From Clostridiales bacterium (lineage in GTDB: Bacteria > Bacillota > Clostridia > Oscillospirales > CAG-382), in the NCBI GenBank assembly GCA_003452915.1, contig DMMZ01000043.1:4933-68932 (forward strand): a DNA stretch of 64,000 nt, in the 5' to 3' direction. The notes under the pieces are model-generated. The model made no database searches. It saw nothing but the letters and a program-made list of their open reading frames with translations, and was not told the origin of the DNA. The position numbers were made by a program, and so were the translations under genes. Shown here piece by piece: positions 38,381 to 47,513 of the stretch (position 1 is its first letter; each line of letters begins with the position of its first letter).

Positions 38381-38415
38381 GTTAAGATTAAAAAATACCG
38401 TTTTTTAATCTTAAC
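38381..38415. repeat. Perfect 15-bp inverted repeat with a 5-nt spacer in the typA/sleC-like divergent region
   Basis: GTTAAGATTAAAAAA (38381-38395), TACCG, then TTTTTTAATCTTAAC (38401-38415). There are no mismatches. Confidence 0.8.
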
Positions 38416-38509
38416 TAAAGCAGTATAACAAAAACTTACAAAAAATGCAACCTTTTTTATTATTTTGCATAGAATAAATATTGTAAATACATAAAAGGAG
38501 CGATCTTGA

Positions 38510-40312
38510 TTGGTAAAAGGGTGTTCGGGAAATATAATTCTCAGGCTTACAAAAGGAGGGGAGCCCGAGCCGATATTCAACGCCGGGGTGATAATAGGTG
38601 AAGGAGAAAAAGAACAAACATTACTTACAGATACCGACGGCAGAGTGGACTTTACATATTACGCTCCACAAGCAACATTGTCATTAAATCCATTATCCGA
38701 AAAAAGGCCGTATTCGATTTGCGACATAAGGATAAGTGCATCTGGTATAAATGATATAAGAATAATCGGTTGTCAGGTTTTTGATGATGTTTCAACAATA
38801 CTTAACTGCGAAGTAACCACTCACAGAGAAGGTACACCTGTAAAAAAACAAACAACACGGATACCGGTTCATCGTTTATGGGCATTAAATCCGAAAAATA
38901 ATGATAGTGGTATTTTTTGGGGCGATATTTCAACAAATTCAAAAAGTTATTTTAAAATTATTGATATGAGTAGAAAAAGCCATTTGGAAGAGCTGCCTGA
39001 ATATATTGTTGTCCATTGCGGAAAAGCAAATGAAGAAGCTATAAATAAAACAGTTAGTTTCTCTGAGTACATAAAAAACGTAGCATCGGGCGTACTTTAT
39101 CCGACATGGCCGGAAGCGGCTTTACAAGCAAATATATTAGCGTTAATATCACTTGCAAAAAACAGGCTTTATACAAATTATTATCGCTCGCTCGGATACG
39201 GATTTGATATAGCTGCTGAGCAGGATGGTTTTCTGCGTTTTTGCGAAGGAAGAATGCACTTTGAGCCTATATGCAGAATAGTCGGAGAGCTTCTAAATTG
39301 CTACATCGTTAAAAACGGATATAAAGAACCTTTATGCACAAAACTTTGCGACGGAGTAAGAGTACCGCTAGGCGGATTATCACAGTGGGGAAGTGTTACA
39401 ATGGCACAAAAAGGGAATTCAAGAGATGAGATATTAATGCAGTATTATGGGGACAATATACAAATAAAAATGAGCGAACCTACCCATAAAGAAATATTTT
39501 TAGAATCACTACAAAAGGGCTGTATCAGTTCAAAAGTAAAAATGATACAAAGGATACTTAATCGGGTAGCATTATTTTACCCAACTATACCGTTCATCAG
39601 AGATGCAGAGGGTAGCTTTGGCTCATTAACCGAAGCAGCTGTAAAGGCATACCAACGCTTTTTTAAACTGCCTATGAACGGCATAATTGACCGCCTTACC
39701 TGGGACAGCATTGTATATGTCAATAATTCAATAAACAAATATGCAGAATTTACCGGAAGACAAAAAGTCATATATGATGACAAGGTACTTATATACGGTG
39801 ACATGGGAAATGAAGTTGTAAAACTGCAGCATTCTATTAACAGCCTGTCACGTAAGCTGGGCGAAAAATGCATACCAAAAGTAAACATAAACGGTAGATT
39901 TGATGATCGTACAAGAAATAGTGTTACCTTCTATCAGAAATATAAGAAAATACCATTATCGGGTGTGGCAGATAAAAATACAAGAAAATTCATTAATGAT
40001 GAATGTTGCGATTTTATAGCTACGGGCGGGTGTACGACCTCCGAAAAAAAGAAATACCCCGGTTATCCCGTTGTCAGGGGTTCCGAGGGTGAGGATGTTA
40101 TTTATATACAAAATGCAATAAACGCAATAAAAACATTAATTACCGGCAAGCCCGAGCTGGTTATTGATGGTGTGTTCGGCGAAAAAACATACAAAGCGCT
40201 TATAGACATACAAACCATCTTTGGACTTAATCCGGACGGAGTTGTGGAGGATAACACCTGGGTTATGCTGGAATGTGAATGTCCACAGACAGGTACTTCT
40301 GCAGTAGGATAA
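38510..40312 (+). CDS. SleC-like spore cortex-lytic enzyme / peptidoglycan-binding protein with three PG_binding_1-like repeats
   Basis: 600 aa with a TTG start 9 nt after AAAGGAG. The central block VHCGKANEEAINKTVSFSEYIKNVASGVLYPTWPEAALQANILALISLAKNRLYTNYYRSLGYGFDI resembles the clostridial SleC core. Three C-terminal repeats carry G.F(G/D)..T..A(V)..(Y/F)Q-type peptidoglycan-binding motifs. Confidence 0.55.
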   Translation: MVKGCSGNIILRLTKGGEPEPIFNAGVIIGEGEKEQTLLTDTDGRVDFTYYAPQATLSLNPLSEKRPYSICDIRISASGINDIRIIGCQVFDDVSTILNCEVTTHREGTPVKKQTTRIPVHRLWALNPKNNDSGIFWGDISTNSKSYFKIIDMSRKSHLEELPEYIVVHCGKANEEAINKTVSFSEYIKNVASGVLYPTWPEAALQANILALISLAKNRLYTNYYRSLGYGFDIAAEQDGFLRFCEGRMHFEPICRIVGELLNCYIVKNGYKEPLCTKLCDGVRVPLGGLSQWGSVTMAQKGNSRDEILMQYYGDNIQIKMSEPTHKEIFLESLQKGCISSKVKMIQRILNRVALFYPTIPFIRDAEGSFGSLTEAAVKAYQRFFKLPMNGIIDRLTWDSIVYVNNSINKYAEFTGRQKVIYDDKVLIYGDMGNEVVKLQHSINSLSRKLGEKCIPKVNINGRFDDRTRNSVTFYQKYKKIPLSGVADKNTRKFINDECCDFIATGGCTTSEKKKYPGYPVVRGSEGEDVIYIQNAINAIKTLITGKPELVIDGVFGEKTYKALIDIQTIFGLNPDGVVEDNTWVMLECECPQTGTSAVG

Positions 40313-40834
40313 TTAAATTTTTTCGTTTATTTCTTTAGTTTCCGGATTATTTTTTCTTGCATTTTCAATAGCATCGTTCATTATTTTTACAAAAATAGCG
40401 TTAGGTTCAAATTCTATCATACCCTTTTTGCCGTTAAAAAGATATACATAAACAAAAGACTGAGCTTTAATATTCTGGCTATAATTATAACGCATTGTCG
40501 CGTTTGAAAATTCTTTTGTTTGTTCAAAAGTTTTTTTGTTTACTAATGCGATCGTAGAAGCTAAATTAAGTGAGCATACAATGGTCATTTTATTACCCAC
40601 TATTTTAGTTATGATAAAGGTATCTGCTGTTATCGTATATTCTATTTCGGTTATGGTATAGCGTATAACTATCATAATTGACATAGCAAGAAACAATACG
40701 GCGATAAGCTGTGCAAGAAAACGGTAGGTTTCAATATATGACGAAGCAATAAATCCGGCACAGGAAAGCACCGAAAGACATATTACTAATAACAAGCACT
40801 GGCGGGGATTTCTCTCGGGCTTATACTTATACAT
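40313..40834 (-). CDS. Hypothetical membrane protein (2 TM plus small soluble domain)
   Basis: 173 aa counted from MYKYKPERNPRQ. I chose the ATG at 40834 behind AAAGGAA; the ORF-track start at 40978 would overlap the divergent gene. Confidence 0.45.
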   Translation of the reverse strand: MYKYKPERNPRQCLLLVICLSVLSCAGFIASSYIETYRFLAQLIAVLFLAMSIMIVIRYTITEIEYTITADTFIITKIVGNKMTIVCSLNLASTIALVNKKTFEQTKEFSNATMRYNYSQNIKAQSFVYVYLFNGKKGMIEFEPNAIFVKIMNDAIENARKNNPETKEINEKI

Positions 40835-40913
40835 GACGAAATTCCTTTCTAAAACATTACATGTTTGCATATAAATAAACAATATAACAATGACGAATTT
40901 GGAGGAAAATACT

Positions 40914-41162
40914 ATGCAATTCGATAACGACACTTTGAGAAGGCTTGTTAATCTCGACGATGAGAGCTTTAGAAACATAATAAGGCAGATTTCTGCGGCA
41001 GCGGGTGCAGATAGTGCAAAAACCGAGTCTTTTATAACCGATGTAAGAGGTATTAAGCAAAGTCTGTCAAGAATGTCGCCTGAGCAAGCGGAAAAAATAT
41101 TAAATTCTGCAGGAAAGGAAAAAAGCGATCAAATTCTTCGTATAATAAATGGAGGTAGATAA
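40914..41162 (+). CDS. Small hypothetical protein
   Basis: 82 aa counted from MQFDNDTLRRL. A GGAGGA RBS lies 8 nt upstream. I recognise no family. Confidence 0.45.
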   Translation: MQFDNDTLRRLVNLDDESFRNIIRQISAAAGADSAKTESFITDVRGIKQSLSRMSPEQAEKILNSAGKEKSDQILRIINGGR

Positions 41163-41217
41163 GTTTGAAAGTTCGTTACTTTCATCATAAATACCGAGGA
41201 AAGGAATGGTCATAAAT

Positions 41218-41616
41218 ATGAGCGAAGATTTCTCTGATAAAGTGAAAACTTTGTTAGAGGACCCTGATATGCTAGCTAAAATTATCTCGATAGCAGGTAG
41301 TTTAGGCGGCGGAAAAACTTCTTCTCCTGCCGTTTCTCCTGAACCGTCTCCTACAAGAGATAATGCAGTGCAGGACAATCCACTGGGTGTAAATAACAAT
41401 TCGTGGGCACCTCCGGAATCGATAACGCAGTTTAATGCTGCACAGGTAATTTCTAAGATTCCGGATGTTGTAAAACCACCATTAAAACAAGATCCAAGAT
41501 TGGCATTACTTAATTCGTTAAAACCTTTTTTACGAAAAGAAAAACAAGTAAAAATAGATAATCTCTCAAGGGCACTTTCGGTTACAAGCTTGATAGATAC
41601 ATTTAAGAAAAAATAA
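41218..41616 (+). CDS. Small hypothetical protein (Pro/Ser-rich linker, basic C-terminus)
   Basis: 132 aa counted from MSEDFSDKVKTLL. A GAGGAAAGGA RBS region lies upstream. I recognise no family. Confidence 0.45.
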   Translation: MSEDFSDKVKTLLEDPDMLAKIISIAGSLGGGKTSSPAVSPEPSPTRDNAVQDNPLGVNNNSWAPPESITQFNAAQVISKIPDVVKPPLKQDPRLALLNSLKPFLRKEKQVKIDNLSRALSVTSLIDTFKKK

Positions 41617-41645
41617 AAATAAGTTAAAATATCTTTAGGTTTAAG

Positions 41646-41717
41646 GCGCCATTAATCCAACGATAAATGGCGCTGGAATTTTCAATACATAATTTTCGTT
41701 GGAGAAATGGATCTATT
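41646..41717 (+). promoter_or_regulatory. Candidate cis-regulatory leader RNA motif, copy B
   Basis: Hairpin GCGCCATT(41646-41653)/AATGGCGC(41666-41673) with inner AT/AT pairs and loop CCAACG at 41657-41662. The distal TTCGTTGGAGAAATGGA box is at 41695-41711 and the ATG at 41718. Confidence 0.55.
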
Positions 41718-42113
41718 ATGTACAGCAGAGATTTCGGCGGTGTCCGTTCGGATGGTCAGCTGAGAGAGTTTGAGAACAACTGGCAGAATCAATATACACA
41801 AAAACAATATACCGAAAGCGTTCAGAGTGAAACAAGATCAGAAACGCCTGTTTATGAAAGCAATCAATCTGAACAAAAACAATATCACTCGGATAATATT
41901 GGATTACATGGTGATGCTCCGGTTATTGAAAGTAGTGCCATACAATCACTGACTTCTCGAATGAAGGGCCTTTTCAATTTTAATCTGGATTTTTTAAAGA
42001 AAATTGACATTGACGATTTAATTTTAGTCGGAATAGGTATATTACTTTTACTTGATTCTGATACCAGTAATGATATGTGGATTATTTTAATAGCTATTAT
42101 GCTGTTCTTTTAA
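41718..42113 (+). CDS. Small hypothetical membrane protein (Gln/Glu/Ser-rich N-terminal region, C-terminal TM segments)
   Basis: 131 aa counted from MYSRDFGGVRSDG. The C-terminus is DDLILVGIGILLLLDSDTSNDMWIILIAIMLFF. An alternative in-frame ATG at 41667 lies inside the conserved hairpin. Confidence 0.45.
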   Translation: MYSRDFGGVRSDGQLREFENNWQNQYTQKQYTESVQSETRSETPVYESNQSEQKQYHSDNIGLHGDAPVIESSAIQSLTSRMKGLFNFNLDFLKKIDIDDLILVGIGILLLLDSDTSNDMWIILIAIMLFF

Positions 42114-42511
42114 TCTTCATTTCCATCAGTTGTTTCTTCTCTGTTTCGTCGTTCTGACAAGAAATCCACAAACTCGTTTACCGTTCTTCTGTCTTTACCG
42201 GATAAGGAACGGTATTTTTCATAGAAGCTTTCTGCAGGCGGTTGTGAGACAGCACGAAATGCCATGTTTTCGGACAAGGTCACCCCTGCAGCAAACATCA
42301 AATCTTCCAAATCCACCTCGTTAAAAGCTTTAACTGCAATTTTGTGGATAAGCTTCGGACGTGGTGGATTTTCTTGTGTTCCTTGAGCAAGCTTACGCAT
42401 TTGTACATAGCTTATGTCACAATCAGCGGCAAACTGCCTCCAGCTGCGTACTCCTTTAGCTTGTTCCAAAAGCATACAAAATATTTTTTTATTCCATTTA
42501 CTGCTTTTCAT
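42110..42511 (-). CDS. Putative helix-turn-helix (XRE-like) domain protein
   Basis: 133 aa. The N-terminal segment SWRQFAADCDISYVQMRKLAQG resembles an HTH motif. The gene converges on the 41718-42113 gene with a 4-nt overlap. Confidence 0.45.
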   Translation of the reverse strand: MKSSKWNKKIFCMLLEQAKGVRSWRQFAADCDISYVQMRKLAQGTQENPPRPKLIHKIAVKAFNEVDLEDLMFAAGVTLSENMAFRAVSQPPAESFYEKYRSLSGKDRRTVNEFVDFLSERRNREETTDGNED

Positions 42512-42554
42512 ATAATACTGCTTTTTCCTTTATGTGTTCAATATTTTTAATAAT

Positions 42555-43109
42555 TTATGCACTGAGTTTTTCTCTTACAACAGAATTAATTTCGGTTCGG
42601 TTATCTTTTACAGCAATATAATAAGTATAATTTCCGATAGTATCGATAATAACATTCTTAAAAGGTTCAGCATCTACCGCAGGATAGTTTATTGCTGCTT
42701 CAATAATGTTATCTTTTCTCAGTTTAATAAAATCCTGAACCATAGTATTATTGTTGCTGTCAAAGACCTTAAATATACCTATTTCAATGCGTAAATTAGT
42801 ATCATGCTCATCAATATAGACACAGTATTCCTCAATAAGTGAAAAATCAGGAGCTTCGAACATGCTGCCGTAATAACCGGAAATCAAATCTGCGTTAAGA
42901 TATTCACCCTTAACTGTAGATTCGCTTGTAAATGTCTTACCTGTGGTAAGATTATTCTCGCTGCAAATATTTTTAACTATATCTGTAAGGCTCCCGACGT
43001 TTACTGTAGAAGCCTGCGATTCGTTTTTTGATTCATCTGTTTTTTCTCCGCAGGAAGCAATTGAAGTTAAAAGCATAAGTACCAAAATAAAAGCGATAAT
43101 TTTTTTCAT
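42555..43109 (-). CDS. Lipoprotein, DUF4358-like
   Basis: 184 aa. The signal peptide ends in the lipobox TSIASC. The overall sequence resembles DUF4358 lipoproteins of Clostridia; this is tentative. Confidence 0.5.
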   Translation of the reverse strand: MKKIIAFILVLMLLTSIASCGEKTDESKNESQASTVNVGSLTDIVKNICSENNLTTGKTFTSESTVKGEYLNADLISGYYGSMFEAPDFSLIEEYCVYIDEHDTNLRIEIGIFKVFDSNNNTMVQDFIKLRKDNIIEAAINYPAVDAEPFKNVIIDTIGNYTYYIAVKDNRTEINSVVREKLSA

Positions 43110-43131
43110 ATGTTTATTCTCCTAAAAAACG

Positions 43132-43953
43132 TTATATTATGTCTGTCAAAGCTGTGCCGACAACCGTTGCAAATGTTGAATTTTGCGGAATTGAAAAATG
43201 CACACCGAACATTTCACCAAGTCCAGTAAACATTCCCTTGCATTGTGGGATTACAGACAGGTTACCTGTCAAAACTATTTCTCTTATATTTTTCTGTCGG
43301 GCAGAAAATATTGACATCATTGCTATTGTCTCAAAGACAAGATTTATTATTCCAAGTGCTATATCCGATTTACTTGCTATATCGCTGAGTTTTCCAAAGT
43401 TTGATGCAGTTACGGAAGCAGACAGACTTGGGCTAATAACCTTTTCTGTAATATCCTCAATTCTCAGGTCAACATTCGCAAGGTTTCCGTCCTTTGCAAG
43501 CTCGGATATATGTTCAACCTCCTGCATAGCAAGCATTTTCTTTGCAAGACCGATAAGAGTGCCACCACCAACACCTGTACCGCCAAGATGAGTTATACCC
43601 TGACTGTTAGCGTGTACCAATGCTGTGCCTGTTCCCATACTGACGATAATTGCATCCTCGAGTTCGCTTAAATATAGACCTCCTCTGCCGGTCGCATCAA
43701 ATTCGTTCACATGAATCGTCTTAAGACCATATATTGACGAATCTACAAAGGTAGAGCCTACTCCGGTCATCATAACCCTATCTATATTTGATAAAGCAAT
43801 GTCGTTCTCGGAAGTGAATTTACCGAAAGCACCGTAAATAGAAGCAACGGGATCGGTCGCCTTGACCAACTGCGGGTTTAGCAGCCTTTTACCGTCGAAA
43901 CCCACTATTTTTGTAGTGCTGCCGCCCACATCTATTCCGATAATTATACTCAT
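43132..43953 (-). CDS. coaW: Type II pantothenate kinase
   Basis: 273 aa. Has the ASKHA-fold phosphate-1 motif IGIDVGGSTTKIV, then MGTGTALV and GGTGVGGGTLIGL, resembling staphylococcal type II PanK. Confidence 0.7.
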   Translation of the reverse strand: MSIIIGIDVGGSTTKIVGFDGKRLLNPQLVKATDPVASIYGAFGKFTSENDIALSNIDRVMMTGVGSTFVDSSIYGLKTIHVNEFDATGRGGLYLSELEDAIIVSMGTGTALVHANSQGITHLGGTGVGGGTLIGLAKKMLAMQEVEHISELAKDGNLANVDLRIEDITEKVISPSLSASVTASNFGKLSDIASKSDIALGIINLVFETIAMMSIFSARQKNIREIVLTGNLSVIPQCKGMFTGLGEMFGVHFSIPQNSTFATVVGTALTDII

Positions 43954-44138
43954 TTATTATGTTGTCCTTTCTGCGTTATATGAAATATATACACTGTAAG
44001 TGTAGCCTTTTCTTGTTAATTTGTCAAGTCATTGCCTTCTACAATATATTTTTTTAAAATTATTTAACTTACTCTTTTCAAAGCAGGGCTTCTGTGGTAT
44101 TATATAATAGTTGACTTATACTATTTTAAGGAAGGACT

Positions 44139-45134
44139 TTGCAAAGAGTGGTGCAGAACGCATTTGAATTAAATCAAAAGGAAAAGAATCGTTTTTTACA
44201 AGTGCTTGGTAGCGGTTCAGGCAGCGTTCATTTTCATGCTTATATTATAGAAGGGGCATACGGTGTAGGTAAAACGGATTTTGCACTTTTTTGTGCAGCA
44301 GCTATTCTTTGTAGAAAACCAGACCGACCATGTATGGCTTGTAATTCCTGTATGAAAGTCTTTTCTCAGGCTTATCCTGACCTGCATTTTTATGGCGGAG
44401 AAAGCGAAAAGCCGATAACAATGAAGGAAGTCCGTGAATTGATTTCGTCCTCCATTCTTCTTCCGAATGATGGCGATAAAAAGATATATATTATAAAACA
44501 AGCACATAAAATGCGATCTGATACACAAAACGCACTTCTCAAGATATTCGAAGAGCCACCGCAATCGGTTATTATATTTTTACTTACTGAAAAAAAAGAA
44601 GCATTATTGCCAACAATATTATCAAGAGGTCGTCTAATTACCCTGACCGGAGAAAATGATGAGATAATAAAATTTTTACTCGAGAAAAAGCACAAAACAG
44701 CTTCATCAGACGAAATCAGAGCAGCAGTTACTGCCGCGGACGGCAGTATAGGACAAGCAGAGCTTTTTATCAGCAAGGAAAGCCGCGAAAGTAGAAAAAA
44801 AGCGCTGGAATTACTTGACCTTCTTTTTGAAGGAGGAAAGTTTGATTTTTACGATAGAATTATTTCTTCAAAAATAACCAGAGAAAAATTACTTGATCTT
44901 CTGGAACTGCTTCAAAGGCTCTTTACAGATATACTCGAATATAAATATGGCTGTCGTTCGCTTGTAATATTAAATGCAAAAGAAGCTGAAAAATATACAA
45001 GTAGTCTAACAAAAAAAGCGATAAGTCAAATAAACGAATCTATTACAGATTGTAAAACCACTATTGAACAGAGCGGAAATTTAAACGCAGCAATAACAAA
45101 TCTAAGCATCAGGTTATGGACACATAAAGGTTAA
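44139..45134 (+). CDS. holB: DNA polymerase III subunit delta'
   Basis: 331 aa with a TTG start. Has HAYIIEGAYGVGKT, a Cys-rich Zn module (CRKPDRPCMACNSC), LLKIFEEPP and SRG sensor motifs. Confidence 0.8.
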   Translation: MQRVVQNAFELNQKEKNRFLQVLGSGSGSVHFHAYIIEGAYGVGKTDFALFCAAAILCRKPDRPCMACNSCMKVFSQAYPDLHFYGGESEKPITMKEVRELISSSILLPNDGDKKIYIIKQAHKMRSDTQNALLKIFEEPPQSVIIFLLTEKKEALLPTILSRGRLITLTGENDEIIKFLLEKKHKTASSDEIRAAVTAADGSIGQAELFISKESRESRKKALELLDLLFEGGKFDFYDRIISSKITREKLLDLLELLQRLFTDILEYKYGCRSLVILNAKEAEKYTSSLTKKAISQINESITDCKTTIEQSGNLNAAITNLSIRLWTHKG

Positions 45135-45172
45135 ATAGAATTCCTGACATAATGAAAGGAAAGGATATATAA

Positions 45173-46057
45173 ATGAACGAGATACAAGCTAACGAACAAA
45201 CCTGCGAAATAGTGGGCATAAGATTTAAAAACGCAGGCAAGATATATTATTTTTCACCGGACGGAATTATCTTTGATCCAGGCGACAAGGCAATAGTAGA
45301 AACAGTCAGAGGTGTGGAGTTCGGTTATATTGCAATAACGAACAAGCATGTTTCACTTGATGAAATAGTATCACCACTCAAACCTGTCTTGCGTAAAGCA
45401 ACCGTAGAGGATGAAGTACAGAATGAACAGAACAAGCTGCTTGAGGAAAGTGCAAGGCAGGTGTGGGATGAAAAAGTAAAGAAGAACGCACTTGTTATGC
45501 AGCTTGTCGACGTTGAATATACCTTTGACAACGCAAAGTTGATTTTCTATTTTACAGCCGACGGCAGAGTAGACTTCAGAGAGCTTGTAAAAGACCTTGC
45601 TGCGGTTTTCCGTACAAGAATAGAATTACGTCAGATAGGAGTGCGTGACGAAGCAAAGCTTTACGGAGGTTTAGGTGTCTGCGGTAGAGCTATATGTTGC
45701 AAAACTTTTCTTTCCGATTTTGTTCAGGTTTCTATAAAAATGGCGAAAGAACAGAACCTATCACTTTCTTCCACAAAAATCTCGGGAACCTGTGGCAGAT
45801 TAATGTGTTGCTTGCGTTTTGAGCATGAGGTTTACGAAAAAGAATACGCCGATTATCCAAAGGTGGACAGTATTGTCGAAACACCTGTAGGCAGAGGTGT
45901 TGTCATAGAGAGCAACTTCTTGACAGGTAATATAAAGGTTAAGATGAATGGTGAGCAGGGGCTTATTAAAATTTTTACAAAAAACGATTTAAAGGTCGTC
46001 GGAGTTATAAGAATAAAAGACGAGGATTACGAAGAGTTAAAAAAATTGGAGGAATAG
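45173..46057 (+). CDS. ricT: PSP1-domain protein YaaT/RicT (stage 0 sporulation / RNase Y regulatory complex)
   Basis: 294 aa. Has the PSP1 core (VGIRFKNAGKIYYF, DFRELVKDLA, IELRQIG) and a Cys cluster (CGRAICC...GTCGRLMCCL). Confidence 0.85.
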   Translation: MNEIQANEQTCEIVGIRFKNAGKIYYFSPDGIIFDPGDKAIVETVRGVEFGYIAITNKHVSLDEIVSPLKPVLRKATVEDEVQNEQNKLLEESARQVWDEKVKKNALVMQLVDVEYTFDNAKLIFYFTADGRVDFRELVKDLAAVFRTRIELRQIGVRDEAKLYGGLGVCGRAICCKTFLSDFVQVSIKMAKEQNLSLSSTKISGTCGRLMCCLRFEHEVYEKEYADYPKVDSIVETPVGRGVVIESNFLTGNIKVKMNGEQGLIKIFTKNDLKVVGVIRIKDEDYEELKKLEE

Positions 46058-46082
46058 TGCGGTTTTTCGCACAAATAACGGT

Positions 46083-47501
46083 ATGGTTTTTTCATCGCTT
46101 ATATTTTTATTTGCATTTCTGCCAATTACACTCTTACTATATTTCGCTACACCTTTTAAGTCCCTAAAGTATAAAAATTTTATCCTTTTTACTGTTAGTC
46201 TTGTTTTCTACGGTTGGGGTGAGCCGAAGTATATCATTATAATGCTTTTTTCGATATTAACAGCATATATATTCGGCTTTTATATCGGAAAATATAGGGA
46301 TATTGATAAGAAAAAGGCTAGAATGTATCTTGTAATTTCCTTACTTTTGAATTTAGCTTTTCTATTGTTCTTTAAATATGCAAATTTCTTTTTGGATAAT
46401 ATTGCAGTTCTTCCATTCCTTTCGGGCATTAAACAGATTGCCAATCTAACGCTTCCGATAGGAATTTCATTCTACACCTTCCAGATTATGTCCTATTCAA
46501 TTGACTTGTATCGGGGAGAAACAGAAACACAAAGGAGCTTTGTTGCTTTTGGTGCGTATGTTGTTTTATTCCCGCAGCTTATTGCCGGACCGATTGTAAG
46601 GTACCGCGATATAGATGATATGCTTATCGATAGAAAAGAGACTGTTGACAAGTTTGCTTCGGGGGCAGTACGCTTTTGTGCCGGACTTGCAAAAAAGGTA
46701 ATATTAGCCGATTCTGCAGCCGCCGTTGTCGAGTATTTCCGTACCGCAAATGAATTTAAACCCAGCGTGTTGGGAACCTGGACGATAGTGCTTGCGTACA
46801 CCTTCCAGATTTACTTTGACTTCTCGGGTTATTCGGACATGGCAATCGGTCTTGGCAGAATAATCGGCTTTGAGTTTCTGGAGAACTTTGATTTTCCATA
46901 TATTTCACGCAGTATTACTGAATTCTGGCGACGCTGGCACATTTCACTTTCTACCTGGTTCAAAGAATATGTTTACATACCGCTTGGCGGAAACAGAAAA
47001 GGTCTTTGGATGCAATACCGAAATATTGCAATCGTCTGGCTCCTGACAGGTTTTTGGCATGGTGCAGCGTGGAATTTCGTTATTTGGGGAGCATATTTCG
47101 GTGTGATACTTATGGTTGAAAAAACCTTCTTGTTAAAAGTACTGGATAAATTACCACGTTTTGTCGGACATATATATACAGTAATTCTAATTATGTTTGG
47201 CTGGCTTATCTTTTCCTCTACCAGTCTTTCGCAGATATGGTTATATTCAAAGCTGATGATTGGCATAAACGCTACATTTACAACAACAACCGTTACATAT
47301 GATTTTGTTAGGTTATTGCCGTTATTTGTTGTTTGTATAATTGCATCTACTCCCTTTGCAAAGAGAAGCTATGATTGGCTTATTGCAAAATACAGCTCCG
47401 CAGCATATCTTAACCCGTTATTGACGAGTAGCTCTCTGCTTTTATGTACGGCTTATATGGTAGATTCAACCTTCAGCCCGTTCTTATACTACATCTTTTA
47501 A
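46083..47501 (+). CDS. MBOAT family O-acyltransferase (AlgI/DltB-like)
   Basis: 472 aa and polytopic. Has ISFYTFQ, FPQLIAGPI and the conserved His region (FWRRWHISLSTWF...YIPLGGN). Confidence 0.85.
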   Translation: MVFSSLIFLFAFLPITLLLYFATPFKSLKYKNFILFTVSLVFYGWGEPKYIIIMLFSILTAYIFGFYIGKYRDIDKKKARMYLVISLLLNLAFLLFFKYANFFLDNIAVLPFLSGIKQIANLTLPIGISFYTFQIMSYSIDLYRGETETQRSFVAFGAYVVLFPQLIAGPIVRYRDIDDMLIDRKETVDKFASGAVRFCAGLAKKVILADSAAAVVEYFRTANEFKPSVLGTWTIVLAYTFQIYFDFSGYSDMAIGLGRIIGFEFLENFDFPYISRSITEFWRRWHISLSTWFKEYVYIPLGGNRKGLWMQYRNIAIVWLLTGFWHGAAWNFVIWGAYFGVILMVEKTFLLKVLDKLPRFVGHIYTVILIMFGWLIFSSTSLSQIWLYSKLMIGINATFTTTTVTYDFVRLLPLFVVCIIASTPFAKRSYDWLIAKYSSAAYLNPLLTSSSLLLCTAYMVDSTFSPFLYYIF

Positions 47502-47513
47502 GGAGTGAGGATA

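Noticed and set aside
38461-38509. Sporulation-sigma (SigK/SigE-like) promoter CATAGAATA upstream of the sleC-like gene.
   Set aside because: A single short match in AT-rich DNA, with no convincing -35 element, is too weak to call as a feature.
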